Below the pieces are notes generated by a model. The model did no database searches, had not been told where the DNA came from, and worked only from the letters and a program-made list of their open reading frames with translations. A stretch of DNA of 64,000 nucleotides. Source: Camelus dromedarius (taxonomy: Eukaryota). How positions within the stretch are numbered: position 1 is the stretch's first letter; every line of letters begins with the position of its first letter. Below are positions 61,711 through 64,000 of this stretch, in pieces. A program made the position numbers and the translations under genes. The DNA lies in assembly GCF_036321535.1 (NCBI RefSeq), contig NC_087437.1, forward strand, positions 9,302,001 to 9,366,000. Reading direction: 5' to 3'.

Positions 61711-63269
61711 CATACAGACAGCCTTTCACTCCTCTCCTTGAGCTGCCATTCTCTCTTGTACATCACTCTTTATAAAAGCACCCACATTTACAAACATTTC
61801 TTTATTTTTTTTCCAGCTGCTTCTGTATGGACTAAAGTATTTTAATGACAGAGCTCATAACCTAATTTTTGTGATCCCTGTCCCAAGCAAATAGTAGATG
61901 CTTGGTAAAGCACATACTATGTAGGAAAGAAGTATTTCTTTACTAAATATCATTCACCTACTTCCAGGATTGGATCCTTTTAAGAAATGCACACGCAGAG
62001 TGGGATCACCGAGATAAGAATGGTCCTGAGCACTGAAACTCCGATGTCTTAAGAGATTGAGGGATAGGATGGGGGTATGATGAAGGATTCAAGGGACGCT
62101 TCCTCTTGCCTGAAAGCTACTGGAACATCCAGAGATACAGCATCCCCAGCTCAAGGGAGCAGCTTCTGTTGCTGTTCCTTAAAAGCCGGCTCTAAGTAGA
62201 CTAAGAAATCCTAAGGGTTCAACTGAATGTCCTTTCTTACATCCATATCCCAGCTGAAATCTGACATCTGTGTTTCTCTCTTAACTGTGTTTTTGTTGTT
62301 TTTTTTTTTTAACAAATGTTTCATGATTCTTCCTGACTCACATCTAAACCCAATGGTTTTATACTCTTATTTAAGGGTAATAATGAGAGATAACCACTTA
62401 TGGATTTTTTTACATGTATATACTTAAATTTTTTTCCTTCACCATTCTGCCACACCTTACTCCCAAACAGACAGATGATTCCCTACTCATATGCTCAGAG
62501 GAGGAATATAACAGGAAGACAGTCTCTGATCACCACGGACCTTGTTTCAAAAGGTCAGGTGAGGGGAGGTTGTAGGGTGGCAATGAGGTCATAGGAACGT
62601 GGCCTATCCAGGCCGGAGGGACCACTGAAGCGTCCCAAATCTGTGCCTCCGAAGTCGAGAGCAGGACCATGCTCACCGGGGCTCACCAACCCAGGAATGC
62701 CTATGTGGATGCAAAACTTGATGAGCAGAGGAAGTCTCCCACCAAAAGCTGGATGGATAGTCTGTTTGATTCCAGAAACTTGGCGCACCCTGAAAAGAAT
62801 TCAATTGCATTTCCCTGCAGACTAATAAAATGGGCTTTTGAACCAGAGATAAAATCAACTTAGAGCAATAAAAAGTTACATTTAATACACCCTGAATTTG
62901 TGGTTTGAGAGTCACACCTGCTACAAAATCAAGAACTCAGGCTGCTACTTGGAGAGATGCTCTACCCCCTAATTCTCAGTCCAAGGCCATCCAGTCTGGG
63001 GCTTTGCAACCATTCCGCCCAGCTGGAAGCAAGGAGTGGCTTAATCTGTGACTGGCTGCAGCTTGACTGGCCCTGGAAGGACACAACCAATAGGTGCAGC
63101 AGCACAGAGTCTCTCGTTTTAAGTGGAACAAACCACCACAAGTCAAAATCAGTCACAGAAGAAAAAGAACCAAGTAAAACCTGGCCATCGCTTAGTCGGT
63201 GAACTTCCACATTCAAAATGAGGATTTACAGGGTATTTATAAACACAATGCCTAGTACTCAAACAGTGT

Positions 63270-63450
63270 TTGTTATATGCTGAGCCGGGGCCAAGTGATT
63301 TAACCCACGTCATCGTTACCACAAGCTGATGAAGTAGGTTCAGTATTCATCCCGTTTTATAAAGACACGGAGATACCTGGGGATAACATGACTTACCCAA
63401 GGTAGCGGCTCTTAGACTTGAACCGAGTCAGTCTAGCTCAGAGTCCCCCT
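63270..63450 (-). mobile_element. MIR SINE
   Basis: catcccgttttataaagacacggagatacctggggataacatgacttacccaagg...gacttgaaccgagtcagtct. Confidence 0.7.
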
Positions 63451-64000
63451 GACCCCCTTCAGGACTGTCTATGCCCACAAATGCTCAGATAGTTTAAGCA
63501 GTATAACCCCAAAGGAAGAGATTATCAGATCCACTCCCTATACATTAAAGATGAGGAAACACCAGCAAAGAGATTAAAGAGGTGTGCTCAGTATCCTATA
63601 GCTCAGTATATCACTCATCTTTGTTTTATGACGAACAATACTCACTGTCAATCAGATGAACCATTTTGTTTATAATGTGACCCAAAGGGCAAAGCAAAAG
63701 TTTTAAACCCAGTCTTCTACAACCTTCCAGGAGTTTTACCTCAGCTTCTCTAAAGCTGACATGAGACCCAAGTGACAGGAGGTCACACAAAACACCCTGA
63801 TGGGACATCTCTGGGTGTCTTCCTGGGAAGCAAGACTGTGCTAAGAAGTCACTTAAGAGAAGAACAGGCAAGGAGCTCAGAGAGAGGAAACCCAGGGGCT
63901 GTAACGTGGTCGTTCAAGAAGCAGGGAATTTGATTCGGAGCAATTTGTTCTCTACTCTTATTGAAACACCTACAGTTAGAAATCTCTACTTTGGAAATGT

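Noticed and set aside
1..64000. CRISPR array, operon, rRNA, NUMT or intact viral gene
   Set aside because: No regularly spaced repeats, long ORFs or mitochondrial/rRNA-like sequence seen; this is mammalian repeat-rich DNA.

Overview
Mammalian nuclear genomic DNA, almost certainly camelid: there is a tRNA-derived Vic-1-type SINE at 47662-47762 and camelid-type L1 3' ends. The window is AT-rich and repeat-rich and looks intergenic or deep-intronic. I could not recognise any intact protein-coding gene, RNA gene or prokaryote-type system, and the supplied ORFs are explained by L1 or other repeat remnants, microsatellites or chance. It contains a ~6.4 kb decayed near-full-length L1 (minus strand), about ten 5'-truncated L1 3' ends (two with twin-priming inversions), MaLR/ERVL/ERV1 solo LTRs, hAT and Tigger DNA-transposon fossils, and many MIR and L2 fragments. 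The most unusual structures are: (i) an 87-nt fold-back cassette inserted cleanly into the L1 ORF2; (ii) a 188-bp orphan poly(A)-tailed retro-insertion with a perfect 20-bp TSD; (iii) a locally duplicated segment inside an MLT1 LTR that preserves the empty pre-insertion site of (ii); and (iv) a possible tandem L1 chimera sharing one TSD. Repeat subfamily names come from recalled consensus sequences, boundaries are approximate, and both need RepeatMasker/Dfam confirmation. I found no convincing new biological system.
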